Source of the DNA: Candidatus Parcubacteria bacterium
Lineage (GTDB): Bacteria > Patescibacteriota > Minisyncoccia > Phycocordibacterales > Phycocordibacteraceae
Length of the DNA stretch: 64,000 nucleotides
NCBI GenBank assembly: GCA_034666125.1
Contig: JAXDML010000010.1
Span: forward strand, 150,037-214,036
Direction: 5' to 3'
A program made the translations under genes and the position numbers. How positions within the stretch are numbered: the stretch's first letter is position 1; each line of letters begins with the position of its first letter. This document shows positions 37,692 to 45,995 of this stretch, piece by piece. Under the pieces are notes generated by a model that saw only the letters and a list, made by a program, of their open reading frames with translations, searched no databases and was not told the DNA's origin.

Positions 37692-37922
37692 TCAACTCAG
37701 CCCGGGGATGTGCAGGTCCCCCTCCACGAAGAGCCAGAAAATGAGCCCGGCGACGACGACGATCAGCGATGTCTCGGGCCATGGCAACCCTATCCAATGG
37801 CAGATCAGCGCGATGAGGGCCAGAAGGATTAGTCCCCAGATGGTCGGGCCTAGACTGTTACCCCTCAACATGATGATCAGCGTCCAGATTGCGCACAACG
37901 CAAAGGGCAGGTACTGGGTCAC
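37692..37922 (-). CDS. Small membrane protein (2 TM)
   Basis: 76 aa, hydrophobic. Confidence 0.35.
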   Translation of the reverse strand: MTQYLPFALCAIWTLIIMLRGNSLGPTIWGLILLALIALICHWIGLPWPETSLIVVVAGLIFWLFVEGDLHIPGLS

Positions 37923-38118
37923 GGTGACCTCCTTTCGTTTCAGTACCCTATGACTGTACGACTTACAAAGTAGAGAGTCAATAGAGAAGAGAATCGTATC
38001 AAAAGGAAAAAACTATCACATTCAACAGGGAGGCAAAGAAGACGGATGGCCGTTTTCCTTACAATGGCGACACGTGACCATAGGCATGTCGAGTGGCGGG
38101 GAAAGGCCCGAACCGTAT

Positions 38119-38292
38119 TTATATCTGAGGCGGAGTCTTCTTCTTGCTCTTCACTACGCTGACGATGCCGATAATTACCACTACGAGTCCGAGCAACTGC
38201 GCTCCGGGACTATCATCGATTCCGCCGTATACGAACATGAATGCTCCGAAAGCTATCGCGAGAATGGAACATAGCAACCTTCCTTTATTCAT
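38119..38292 (-). CDS. Small membrane protein (57 aa, 2 TM), not in the supplied ORF track
   Basis: Manual translation: MNKGRLLCSILAIAFGAFMFVYGGIDDSPGAQLLGLVVVIIGIVSVVKSKKKTPPQI. Confidence 0.3.
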   Translation of the reverse strand: MNKGRLLCSILAIAFGAFMFVYGGIDDSPGAQLLGLVVVIIGIVSVVKSKKKTPPQI

Positions 38293-38433
38293 ATAAAGAT
38301 CCTACCAAATGGGGAAATAAAAGAAAAAGGGCCCGGTATTTACTCCGGGACAGGGAAGTATACAAAAGGAAAAGGCCATCTGGGGGGAGACGACCGATTC
38401 CTTTGGTCCTCTCCCGGCTGATGGCCTTGGGCG

Positions 38434-38676
38434 TCAGTCCTCCTTGGTCGACGCCGCCGCTTCGAGCCGCTGCGCCACGTGCTCGATGTAGAGCAGGATG
38501 GCGCAGAGCATGAAGCCCAGTGTGATGACGACGAGCACCGCACCCCCGCCGATCTTGATGAAGCTCTGGTTCGGCGACGCCAGGACGATGGTGGCGAAGA
38601 AGGCGAAGATCAGCGCCATGACGACGTAGGTCGCGCTATCTTTGGCACCCCTGGCAATTCTTTCCGACTTGGACAT
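38434..38676 (-). CDS. Small membrane protein (2 TM)
   Basis: 80 aa, with an N-terminal charged segment then two TM helices. Confidence 0.4.
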   Translation of the reverse strand: MSKSERIARGAKDSATYVVMALIFAFFATIVLASPNQSFIKIGGGAVLVVITLGFMLCAILLYIEHVAQRLEAAASTKED

Positions 38677-38773
38677 CTTTCTCTCCTTGAAACATCAGTG
38701 GATTCATAGGCAGATTGGCACATATAGCCTACTTTTGTCAATCCAGCAGGGAAGTCAGATCTATACTGGAGGG

Positions 38774-38947
38774 ATGGAGAGAAAATGCGATGGGTGCGGA
38801 AATGAGATGCGTAGGATCGGTTCTTTTGCTCGAACAAAACGAGAAGGAGAGCGCTCATTCAAGAGCGACGGCTCGGTGCAATACCAGTGTATCAACGAAG
38901 TTTGCTCTGAGTACGAGAAAGTAGTGACGATTCAGCCGGGGGAGTAA
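38774..38947 (+). CDS. Small zinc-ribbon protein
   Basis: MERKCDGCGNEM...CINEVCSEYEK: two CxxC pairs. It sits at the beginning of the low-GC island. Confidence 0.35.
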   Translation: MERKCDGCGNEMRRIGSFARTKREGERSFKSDGSVQYQCINEVCSEYEKVVTIQPGE

Positions 38948-39517
38948 CCGGGTTGCGCGAAGTGGGGTTAATTCTTTGTTTCTAGAAGAGGGCATAGACT
39001 TGGACGACTCAAAGAAGTCTTGAGGAAAACTTGAGAACCTCTTCTGTAGGGTAGGGGAGTCCCCGGCACTTAGATCGGGGACGTGAGTAACTGCAGATTA
39101 CCGCTATGACGAAGGTAAAAGCGTGGCATTCGGCCAGGGAGACTGACCGTCAGGTATACCACGACAACGATGCGTGCACAGAAGGGAACAACATTGAAGA
39201 GAAGTACCGCCGGGAAGGTACTGACAATCGTCCTCAATGTGACCACTGTAGACGCCTCAGTTAAGGGTTTGTAGCGGAGTCTGCCCGGACGTAGCATCCC
39301 TGATACTTCTTCGGGAGGTCTGGGTGATCGCTCCTCTGGCACTCCCCGTGCAACCAGAACCATCGTCCCGTCTTGTCTTCGTCGGCAGCCGGGACGATGG
39401 TCTTTTGTATTACTGAGAGCTCGTAGTGAAGTCCGTCGTGTATGTAGGTGTCATCCTCTTCGGCCTCCGTCTTAGCCGCGCAGTAGATTTGACCGTTTTT
39501 TCGTATCCGTAGAGCCA

Positions 39518-39541
39518 TAGGGTAGGGAAGTCAGGTATAAT
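39518..39541 (+). promoter_or_regulatory. Island promoter motif copy 1: TAGGGTAGGGAAG-N5-TATAAT, followed by an ORF-free structured region
   Basis: Direct read. Nothing codes for >1 kb downstream. Confidence 0.45.
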
Positions 39542-39762
39542 GGGGGTGTAAGGTCAAGTCGAGCAAAGTTTAGTAAAGTCGAGTTAAGCAGATGAACTAT
39601 GGGCCTCGTGCCCTGCCCTCGCTTGCGAGGAAAAAGAGACCTTAGACCTGGGAACCTAGATCAGTAACATGGCTCCGCGCTCCAAAAGTCCACGCGCGTG
39701 GCAGGGAAGAGTTCGTTTGTCGTTACTGACCTAATCACTCCCAGGTCTAAACTCTATTTAAG

Positions 39763-39844
39763 TACAACGCACAATATCTGGATCAAATATTTCTGTCTTT
39801 TGTCAAGGCTTTGGGGCTCATTATTGAAAAGTGGGGAGACCCTT
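39763..39844 (+). repeat. 82-bp direct repeat, copy A (partner at 42953..43035)
   Basis: ACAACGCACAATATCTGGATCAAATATTTCTGTCTTTTGTCAAGGCTTTGGGGCTCATTATTGAAAAGTGGGGAGACCCTTA. Differs from copy B by 1 substitution and 1 indel. Confidence 0.9.
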
Positions 39845-40109
39845 AGAACGATCTAGGGGAGGCTCGGCAAGAAGAGAAATATGTTGTAGTTTGGACGCGA
39901 AAATCGTCCACAAGTTGTCCACTTAGGGTCGCGCTTGCGTCAAAATAGCCTCGGGTTAGGATACTTGGAGGAGAGTGGTTACCTTCCTTTTCCACTCCTC
40001 TGAAACGGTCAGTCCGGCCTTTTTATCAGACAACTACTAGCTCGCGGGCTCTAAATCCCAGAAAGGGGTTATTTTTCGTCCTTGTGCGTTCAGAACTTTG
40101 AAAACTTGA

Positions 40110-40214
40110 GTATTGAAGTGTGCCCCGACCGGGAATCGAACCCGGATCATTTCCTGAGAGAGGGAACGCCCTTTCGGGTGGAGTTTTCTAGACTCTTGCT
40201 CTATCCATTGAGCT
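40110..40214 (-). tRNA. tRNA-like gene with a ~34-nt insertion between anticodon stem and T-arm (apparent anticodon AGA); possible intron-containing or degenerate tRNA
   Basis: On the minus strand: perfect 7-bp acceptor (GCCCCGA/TCGGGGC), canonical D-arm (GCTC-AATGGATA-GAGC), anticodon stem-loop AGAGT-CTAGAAA-ACTCC, and a perfect T-arm (CCGGG-TTCGATT-CCCGG). A 34-nt segment with two hairpins (CCC-GAAA-GGG and TTCC...GGAA) sits where the 4-5 nt variable loop should be. Confidence 0.45.
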
Positions 40215-40909
40215 ATCGGGGCACGCTTCAGTACTCAAGATGCTTATGAGATGGGCAGTAGGTCGAAACCTTTTCGGCACACTGCCCAGCCCGTAAGGAC
40301 TGGGTAAATCTCTGGCGAGATTTAGGAAAGGGATCGGGTATTACCTGGTCCTTTTTCCGTTATCATTTCGCTCGCGGATGGTAGTGTCGGGGAACTTGTC
40401 GTTCACCCATTCACGGACATACCTTCCGGTCTTGGCGCTGCGATAAGAGTAGGGAATAAGCCTAGTCGTTAGTCGCGTCTAAACACCCGCATTGTCACTG
40501 CGGGGCCACTTTTCTCGGGAGACCGACCTCCGTCGCCTGCCGCTACGTATCGGCGGGGTATAGTGAGAAACGACACTTGTATCCGATACAAATAGAACCC
40601 ATCCCGACATCTGGCGTAGGCGCTCTCCCTTTCGGGTATCACGCCATACTGGCGAGTGGTCTCTTGAAACCTACGCCAGATGTCGAAACAGGTTCTCTGT
40701 TTCGGGAGAGCATATGAGGGGGACCAACCCCTGTTTATGAAAGTACCGCCCAGCGATTGAGCGTAGCTTTAGTATAACCGAACCGCGCCAAGCTCGTCTT
40801 GGGGATAGGGGTCGCTCCGAAACAGTCCGGCTATAAGGCAAGGGCAAATTGAGCGCTCCTTCTTGGTCCAGGTATTGTGCGATACAGCGATATAAACCGA
40901 GAAGGGAAG

Positions 40910-41125
40910 TTAACCTTTCAGTTTCTTCAGAGCGGCCTTCATGATTTTCTTACGTCCTTCACTCGGGCTGATCTCACGTGCCGCTTCGAAAAGGGCTTCT
41001 TTAGAGGCTTTCTTGGTCGCTTCCGCGAGCTTCGCCAGTTGCTTCACCGCGAAGTCAACCTCCCACTTCTGCTTAAAGGCTATAAGGTTGCGGTCTTCTT
41101 TCACTTTCTTTGGGTCGTCGGCCAT
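40910..41125 (-). CDS. Small basic lysine-rich protein (module 1)
   Basis: 71 aa, MADDPKKVKEDRNLIAFKQKW.. Preceded on its strand by the conserved CAGAGTCCGTATTTGGC motif and TATACT immediately before the ATG. Confidence 0.4.
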   Translation of the reverse strand: MADDPKKVKEDRNLIAFKQKWEVDFAVKQLAKLAEATKKASKEALFEAAREISPSEGRKKIMKAALKKLKG

Positions 41126-41142
41126 AAGTATAGAGTTACTAA

Positions 41143-41177
41143 TACCCCTTAACCCTATCAGAGTCCGTATTTGGCGG
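41143..41177. repeat. Island repeat family 2, copy 1 (CTAYCAGAGTCCGTATTTGGC-GGGGAGGG)
   Basis: Direct read. Partner at 44046..44080. Confidence 0.8.
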
Positions 41178-41189
41178 GGGAGGGTAGTC

Positions 41190-41567
41190 CTACTTTCCCT
41201 GAAGCTTCTTGAGCTCTTTAGTGAGCTTTTCTATCTGTTTCAGGAGCTCGTCGATTCGCTTCTGGTTCTTAGAGACGGCGGGACCGTTCGCCTTACACTC
41301 GCCCCCTTTGGTTAGGTAGTAGCCTGCGTTGCAACTGAACTTACAAGTGCTTTTGGCGGTTATGAGAACGGTCGCGTTCTTGGGAGCACTCTTCGTACAG
41401 GCTTTGAGGGCCTTGTTCTCGCAAGATCTGAGCTCGATCTTCTGACTCGCGGTCGGATTCGGTCCGAACGAAGTACGCATCGATGCGCAGCTGGAAGTGT
41501 TAAATGCCGCGTGTGCAGGCACCGACAAAAGAAATACAGCAATTAGCCCTATAAGGGTCTTTTTCAT
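41190..41567 (-). CDS. Secreted Cys-rich protein with C-terminal coiled-coil (paralog of 44659..45027)
   Basis: Signal peptide MKKTLIGLIAVFLLSVPAHAA, 10 Cys, and a C-terminal KRIDELLKQIEKLTKELKKLQGK. Confidence 0.5.
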   Translation of the reverse strand: MKKTLIGLIAVFLLSVPAHAAFNTSSCASMRTSFGPNPTASQKIELRSCENKALKACTKSAPKNATVLITAKSTCKFSCNAGYYLTKGGECKANGPAVSKNQKRIDELLKQIEKLTKELKKLQGK

Positions 41568-41736
41568 AGTGGAAGGTTTAAGTGTCTAAACGGTGCACCG
41601 CCCGAGGGTATCCCGGAAACCTTCCACGGAAACCGGGACCTGAACTCAGCCGGTGCATTGGTGGAAGGTTATATGTGGCCCTCTAGGGTACTGAACCTCA
41701 GTATACAACGGCTCCTTTTGAGGAAACAACGGGTCG

Positions 41737-41760
41737 TGGGGTAGGGGAGGCCTTATACTT
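41737..41760 (+). promoter_or_regulatory. Island promoter motif copy 2: TGGGGTAGGGGAG-N5-TATACT, 5 nt before the ATG at 41766
   Basis: Direct read. Confidence 0.45.
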
Positions 41761-41765
41761 TGGGG

Positions 41766-42614
41766 ATGGTCGATTTCCTATATAACTGGCAGACCCTGCT
41801 GGGCTCTTTGCTGGGAGCAGGCGTCCCATTGTCTTTACTGCTCGTCGGTAGGTTTTATTTTCAGAGACGGGATCACTTACGATCTCTGCATAAATTTGTG
41901 CTCCTTGCGAGCAATAACCTGATTGAGATAGATAGAACCGTTAGGGAGTTCAGGGACATTCGTATCGAGAAGCTCCTCTCAGACCTGGCGCGGGACCTGG
42001 AGGCGAACGAACCAAAATTCGTGGTGCCAATGGCGTATTTTCCACTTCAATCAGTCTTACGTTTACCAGACGACCTAATTAATCAGTCCACTGAAAGTGG
42101 GTATGTTGACACATGGGGACTCGAAGTTCTCTCGAAGTCCCGCGATCTTGAGAAGATAATGGACGACCTCCAGAGACAGTTCGAAGCGACTCTGGCTATG
42201 AATAAGGAATTAACTTTCTTGCTGTCGAATAAAATTGACGAAAAGGATAGAGAAGCCGCCCTAAGGCATTCGAGAGGCCTTATTTCCAGTCTGCGCCAAC
42301 AAATTACAGATTACGCAATCGTTCTCGAAAGAGACTTCTTTGGAAAGAACGTGCCTATCTATCTAAAGAGTCTCGCCACAACGTTGGCGGTCATAGATGA
42401 ATACAACCGAATTGGTTATATGTCTTGGAAATGGAAGTTCCGGATAGGCTTTAAGTGCTACAGAAATAAGGAATCGTATTTGCATGCAAAGGCCAACATC
42501 ATGAAAAAGATCGATCTTTACCTAAAAGAGAAAGTAGACGCAAAAATTGCCAGTACATTAGAACTGCTTACGCAGAGTCAATCGACATCTGTAGTGGTCC
42601 GTCAGGAGAGCTGA
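41766..42614 (+). CDS. Hypothetical protein with N-terminal TM helix
   Basis: The ORF as called starts at TTG 41760; first ATG at 41766 (MVDFLYNWQTLLGSLLGAGVPLSLLLVG..). Helical, with no family recognised. Confidence 0.5.
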   Translation: MVDFLYNWQTLLGSLLGAGVPLSLLLVGRFYFQRRDHLRSLHKFVLLASNNLIEIDRTVREFRDIRIEKLLSDLARDLEANEPKFVVPMAYFPLQSVLRLPDDLINQSTESGYVDTWGLEVLSKSRDLEKIMDDLQRQFEATLAMNKELTFLLSNKIDEKDREAALRHSRGLISSLRQQITDYAIVLERDFFGKNVPIYLKSLATTLAVIDEYNRIGYMSWKWKFRIGFKCYRNKESYLHAKANIMKKIDLYLKEKVDAKIASTLELLTQSQSTSVVVRQES

Positions 42615-42952
42615 TAGTCCAAATAGTGCTCGGGTAATGTCTGACCAAAAGGGCAGGGGAGTCAGCCTTAGACACCCCTAAAGGCTGATCTTCTTCTTTT
42701 TTGTTCATAGGGTAGGGAAGTCAGGGTGTGAGCCCTGAAAAGCCAGCCTGATTTTGCTACTATTCTCGTGGGGTAGGGAGACAAGTCCCTACCCCAGTCA
42801 GTTACGGCCATAGAGGGGACCCAGATTCATGGACATCCTCGAACTGATCCTTATCTACCTGATTCTTAAAAAGATCCTGTAGAGAAGGGAGTACGGACCG
42901 CGTTACAAGCGCGGTTTCTGCTTTCGGGCTGGCTTTTGAAGGTTCAAATCAA

Positions 42953-43035
42953 ACAACGCACAATATCTGGAACAAATATTTCTGTCTTTTGTCAAGGCTT
43001 TGGGGCTCATTATTGAAAAGTGGGGAAGACCCTTA
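42953..43035 (+). repeat. 83-bp direct repeat, copy B; overlaps the 5' end of ORF 43000..43530
   Basis: Near-identical to 39763..39844. Confidence 0.9.
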
Positions 43036-43530
43036 AAGCAATTCGAAGCAGCCTCGCCGAAAACAGAAGTGTGTTCTAGTTTGACGCATCTTCAGCGAAG
43101 ATTTAGGCTTAATGTTACAAACTTGAAGAACACCAAGAAAAAGAAGGTCCGGACAAGACCACATACCCGTACTGATGTGATTTCAGACACGGAAAGGCTG
43201 GAGATCCACTACTGGACCTTAGGAAGTAGGGTGACTAGATTTGCTGTTTGCTACTGCTGCGAGATCGACGGGGAATGGGTGAGTATCACTTGGTGTGATG
43301 ACGCGCATCTCGAAAAAGGAAGGTATGTCGGCAAAGGCCGAAAAGGGCATTGCCACAGTTTCTCGGCCCAGGGTGGCAAACTTGTAGAAAACGAGTATCT
43401 TTTAGGTCTGGGGACTCCGGCTGAGCATCTGACTGAGGTTCTGAATAATTTCAAGAAGAATCACGAGCAAATACGGGCTCAGTATATGAAGGCTGTGGAG
43501 AAAGCCGCTAGACAGGCAAAGAATAGGTAA
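43000..43530 (+). CDS. Hypothetical Cys/His-rich protein (start uncertain; ORF as called begins at TTG inside the repeat)
   Basis: VCYCCEIDGEWVSITWCDDAHLEKGRYVGKGRKGHCHSF suggests metal binding. The lysine-rich N-terminus may not be translated. Confidence 0.4.
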   Translation: MGLIIEKWGRPLKQFEAASPKTEVCSSLTHLQRRFRLNVTNLKNTKKKKVRTRPHTRTDVISDTERLEIHYWTLGSRVTRFAVCYCCEIDGEWVSITWCDDAHLEKGRYVGKGRKGHCHSFSAQGGKLVENEYLLGLGTPAEHLTEVLNNFKKNHEQIRAQYMKAVEKAARQAKNR

Positions 43531-43540
43531 GAATATAGAT

Positions 43541-43801
43541 ATGGCTGCTACTAACAAAAGGATCGTAAGAAAGAATCTGACCTGCTCAGTGGCTTTTAAC
43601 GAATACTTAATCAAGAACTCTGGTAAGAGAATCCTGCCTAATGGAGCAACCGTAGTTTTTAGTGATACGAGAGACGCCGCCTTTTCGGCTGCGAATAGAT
43701 TACTTTGTAATAGCATAGTCAGAAGTGGGGAAAGTTGCTACATAGCAGAAAAAAGCGGCAGGTCTTGGAATGTAGATAGAATATCTCCGGTCAGCAGATA
43801 G
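43541..43801 (+). CDS. Hypothetical protein
   Basis: 86 aa with no motifs. Confidence 0.3.
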   Translation: MAATNKRIVRKNLTCSVAFNEYLIKNSGKRILPNGATVVFSDTRDAAFSAANRLLCNSIVRSGESCYIAEKSGRSWNVDRISPVSR

Positions 43802-43860
43802 AGGTAGTTGTCTAAACAGAAAAGCCGCCCTACGGCGGTTCTTTTCTTGGAGGAGGGGAG

Positions 43861-44013
43861 TTACTTCTTCCCGCGAGGCTTGTTGGCTGCGTTATCAAGA
43901 GCAACTGCCGCTAACGTCTTCACTTGGGCACTTGTTGGCTTGATCGCACCACTGAGAACCTTCGAAGCCAGGGTCGCATTCTTCGAGGAGGTCACGTCAT
44001 CTTTCTTTGCCAT
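43861..44013 (-). CDS. Small basic lysine-rich protein (module 2; 50 aa, not in ORF track)
   Basis: Manual translation MAKKDDVTSSKNATLASKVLSGAIKPTSAQVKTLAAVALDNAANKPRGKK. Preceded by repeat family 2, copy 2. Confidence 0.3.
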   Translation of the reverse strand: MAKKDDVTSSKNATLASKVLSGAIKPTSAQVKTLAAVALDNAANKPRGKK

Positions 44014-44045
44014 AACTGTAGTGGTTAACTAATAATCTCCTATAA

Positions 44046-44080
44046 CTCTACCAGAGTCCGTATTTGGCCAGGGGAGGGGA
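44046..44080. repeat. Island repeat family 2, copy 2
   Basis: CTACCAGAGTCCGTATTTGGCCAGGGGAGGGG. Confidence 0.8.
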
Positions 44081-44089
44081 TAACGGGAG

Positions 44090-44674
44090 TTAGTCGTCTC
44101 CAATCCTCCCGGCAGTTAATCTGCTTAACTCTGCCTTCCATTTCGCCCGGGCAGCTGCATTGGCTGATACTGTGACCGATATATCGCTTGGTATCGGGTC
44201 GGCATCCATCTTCTGTATTTCGGGGTTCGAGATCCTCTCGCTAAGAGGCGAGTAACTGCTCAGTAACTCGTTTGTGCCGAGGTTCTGTATGAAGTAACTT
44301 GTCTCAGTAATCCAACTGCGCTCCCCAGTACTCATCACTTGGAACGAGTCTTCTGTAGTGCTGTATCCGCCCACACACTCTTTGAGTTCAGGACTGAACC
44401 CGACAAGGAAACTACTCATGTCCATACGAACGACCATTCTCTCTGGGTACCCGTTTGTTATGGCTTTCTGGCTATAGAAGTCCTGGATCCCAGCCGTACG
44501 CTCACGGAATGCGTCTAGTTTCTGAGAACAGTCTTTCGAGTCGGCACTGCCTAACGTCTTTGGAGTCGAACTGCCAATGGCGTAAACCGTAATTGCAAAA
44601 ATCAAGAGGACGACACACGCGCCCAGGGCGAATCCCTCAAAGGAGATTTTCCTCATAGCTAGAAGGAGCCACAA
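44090..44674 (-). CDS. Membrane-anchored/secreted hypothetical protein
   Basis: Probable start at MRKISFEGFALGACVVLLIFAITVYA (signal anchor). No family. Confidence 0.45.
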   Translation of the reverse strand: MWLLLAMRKISFEGFALGACVVLLIFAITVYAIGSSTPKTLGSADSKDCSQKLDAFRERTAGIQDFYSQKAITNGYPERMVVRMDMSSFLVGFSPELKECVGGYSTTEDSFQVMSTGERSWITETSYFIQNLGTNELLSSYSPLSERISNPEIQKMDADPIPSDISVTVSANAAARAKWKAELSRLTAGRIGDD

Positions 44675-45027
44675 GCCTGTACCATACCGTTAGATAGGTA
44701 GCTGCATACGGACGTCTGGGTCCCCAATTGCTTGTCGATCTCCTGTATCTCTTTCGCCGCAGCGTTCCTCTGCTGTGCGGTTACCTTCATATTCCGGTTC
44801 AGTTTGACGAGCTCCGCTTTGCGCCGCTCAAGCTTCTCAGTCTTAGCCGAGGTCTTAACTGGGGTCTTTTTGTCGATCTGAACGACCGACCTTCCTTCAA
44901 GAGCAGAGACACGTTTCTCAAGGGCCAGGAGCCTTGAAGCGAGAGAACCGATAGAGTCAGGGGCTGCGTACGTGAAGGCGGGCACGATCAGGACGCCCAG
45001 AACGAAGCCCGCAAGGGTCTTTTTCAT
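44659..45027 (-). CDS. Secreted coiled-coil protein with C-terminal Cys pair (paralog of 41190..41567, domains in the opposite order)
   Basis: Start at MKKTLAGFVLGVLIVPAFTYA (signal peptide), coiled-coil LASRLLALEKRVSALEGR.., and C-terminal ..VCSYLSNGMVQACGSF. The upstream extension of the ORF as called is rejected. Confidence 0.45.
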   Translation of the reverse strand: MKKTLAGFVLGVLIVPAFTYAAPDSIGSLASRLLALEKRVSALEGRSVVQIDKKTPVKTSAKTEKLERRKAELVKLNRNMKVTAQQRNAAAKEIQEIDKQLGTQTSVCSYLSNGMVQACGSF

Positions 45028-45260
45028 AGGGAAGTTTGCGTGAGGTTTCGTGGAATAAACGCACCGCCCAAGGATGGAATCTCCGAGCAAACTTCCCAGA
45101 AAGCCGGAGACCCCAAGGAACTTGGGCGGTGCGGTCGGGAAGTTTGCTGCTATGGGTGGTGTCACTACCACGATACAACAGGGCAGACCCCTTGTAAATA
45201 CTAGCCTGGGGACACATTTCACGTCCCTAAAGTTTTTCTAAAGGCGTTATCAACTGGAAA

Positions 45261-45284
45261 TAGGGCAGGGAAGTGTGGTATAAT
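45261..45284 (+). promoter_or_regulatory. Island promoter motif copy 3: TAGGGCAGGGAAG-N5-TATAAT, 8 nt before the ATG at 45293
   Basis: Direct read. Confidence 0.45.
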
Positions 45285-45292
45285 GCAGAAGC

Positions 45293-45538
45293 ATGGACTT
45301 GAATAAACAAGAGAAAACCATGGCTGACGTGATACTCGTGTCCTACAATCCAGCGTTTTTCATGCTTGGAATGCAGCACGGGGAATCAGTCTCGGTGTAC
45401 ACCACTACCCCAGAAGGGGCTAAGGCGTTCGCCGAGAACCTTACGAAGCGTGTGGCTGAGTACGAATCCACGATACGTAAGATTGATTCCTCGGGTCTAC
45501 AGTTAGGGACCGTGTCACCGATCCAGCCTCGCAAATAA
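45293..45538 (+). CDS. Hypothetical protein
   Basis: 81 aa with no motifs. Confidence 0.35.
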   Translation: MDLNKQEKTMADVILVSYNPAFFMLGMQHGESVSVYTTTPEGAKAFAENLTKRVAEYESTIRKIDSSGLQLGTVSPIQPRK

Positions 45539-45640
45539 AGCTTTTTGTTCCTGTTACTTTAGAGAGTCCTTCTTTCATATTTCTACATCGCACAATATCT
45601 GTTTTGCGTAATACAAATACGTAAAGCACGCAAAGGCAGA

Positions 45641-45826
45641 TTAGGACTTTGCCCTTGGAGAGAGACTCTCAAGTAGTTTAGTGACTTGACTTACCATCTG
45701 TTCAACGACTGAACGCTTCATATGGAAGCTTGTAACGCGTCCTTGTTTGTTATGAAGATGAAGAAGTATCTCATCTTCAGCCTCCCTAACGTCCATTTTG
45801 ATATCTATGATAGGCAAGTTTTCCAT
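45641..45826 (-). CDS. Hypothetical small protein
   Basis: 61 aa. Confidence 0.25.
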   Translation of the reverse strand: MENLPIIDIKMDVREAEDEILLHLHNKQGRVTSFHMKRSVVEQMVSQVTKLLESLSPRAKS

Positions 45827-45995
45827 AGATCCATTATACTCGTTTATCCGAGATATGGCTCACTTATTGGTTTCTTTAGTACCAAGACCTACTCAACTTA
45901 TATGAAGAGCTGTGCGGGTCTTGAAGACTGCCAATAGGTGTTGGACTTCCGGTGAAGAATGAGACTAGTTTCTGAAGATTCCAAGGCTCCAGCTA

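Noticed and set aside
40110-40214. Amber-suppressor (CUA) reading of the tRNA-like anticodon loop
   Set aside because: Placing CUA at positions 34-36 would require a non-complementary anticodon stem. The only consistent fold gives AGA.
39763-43035. The 83-bp direct repeats as attL/attR of a complete integrative element
   Set aside because: No integrase, recombinase or excisionase was detectable between or near the repeats. Kept only as possible recombination scars.
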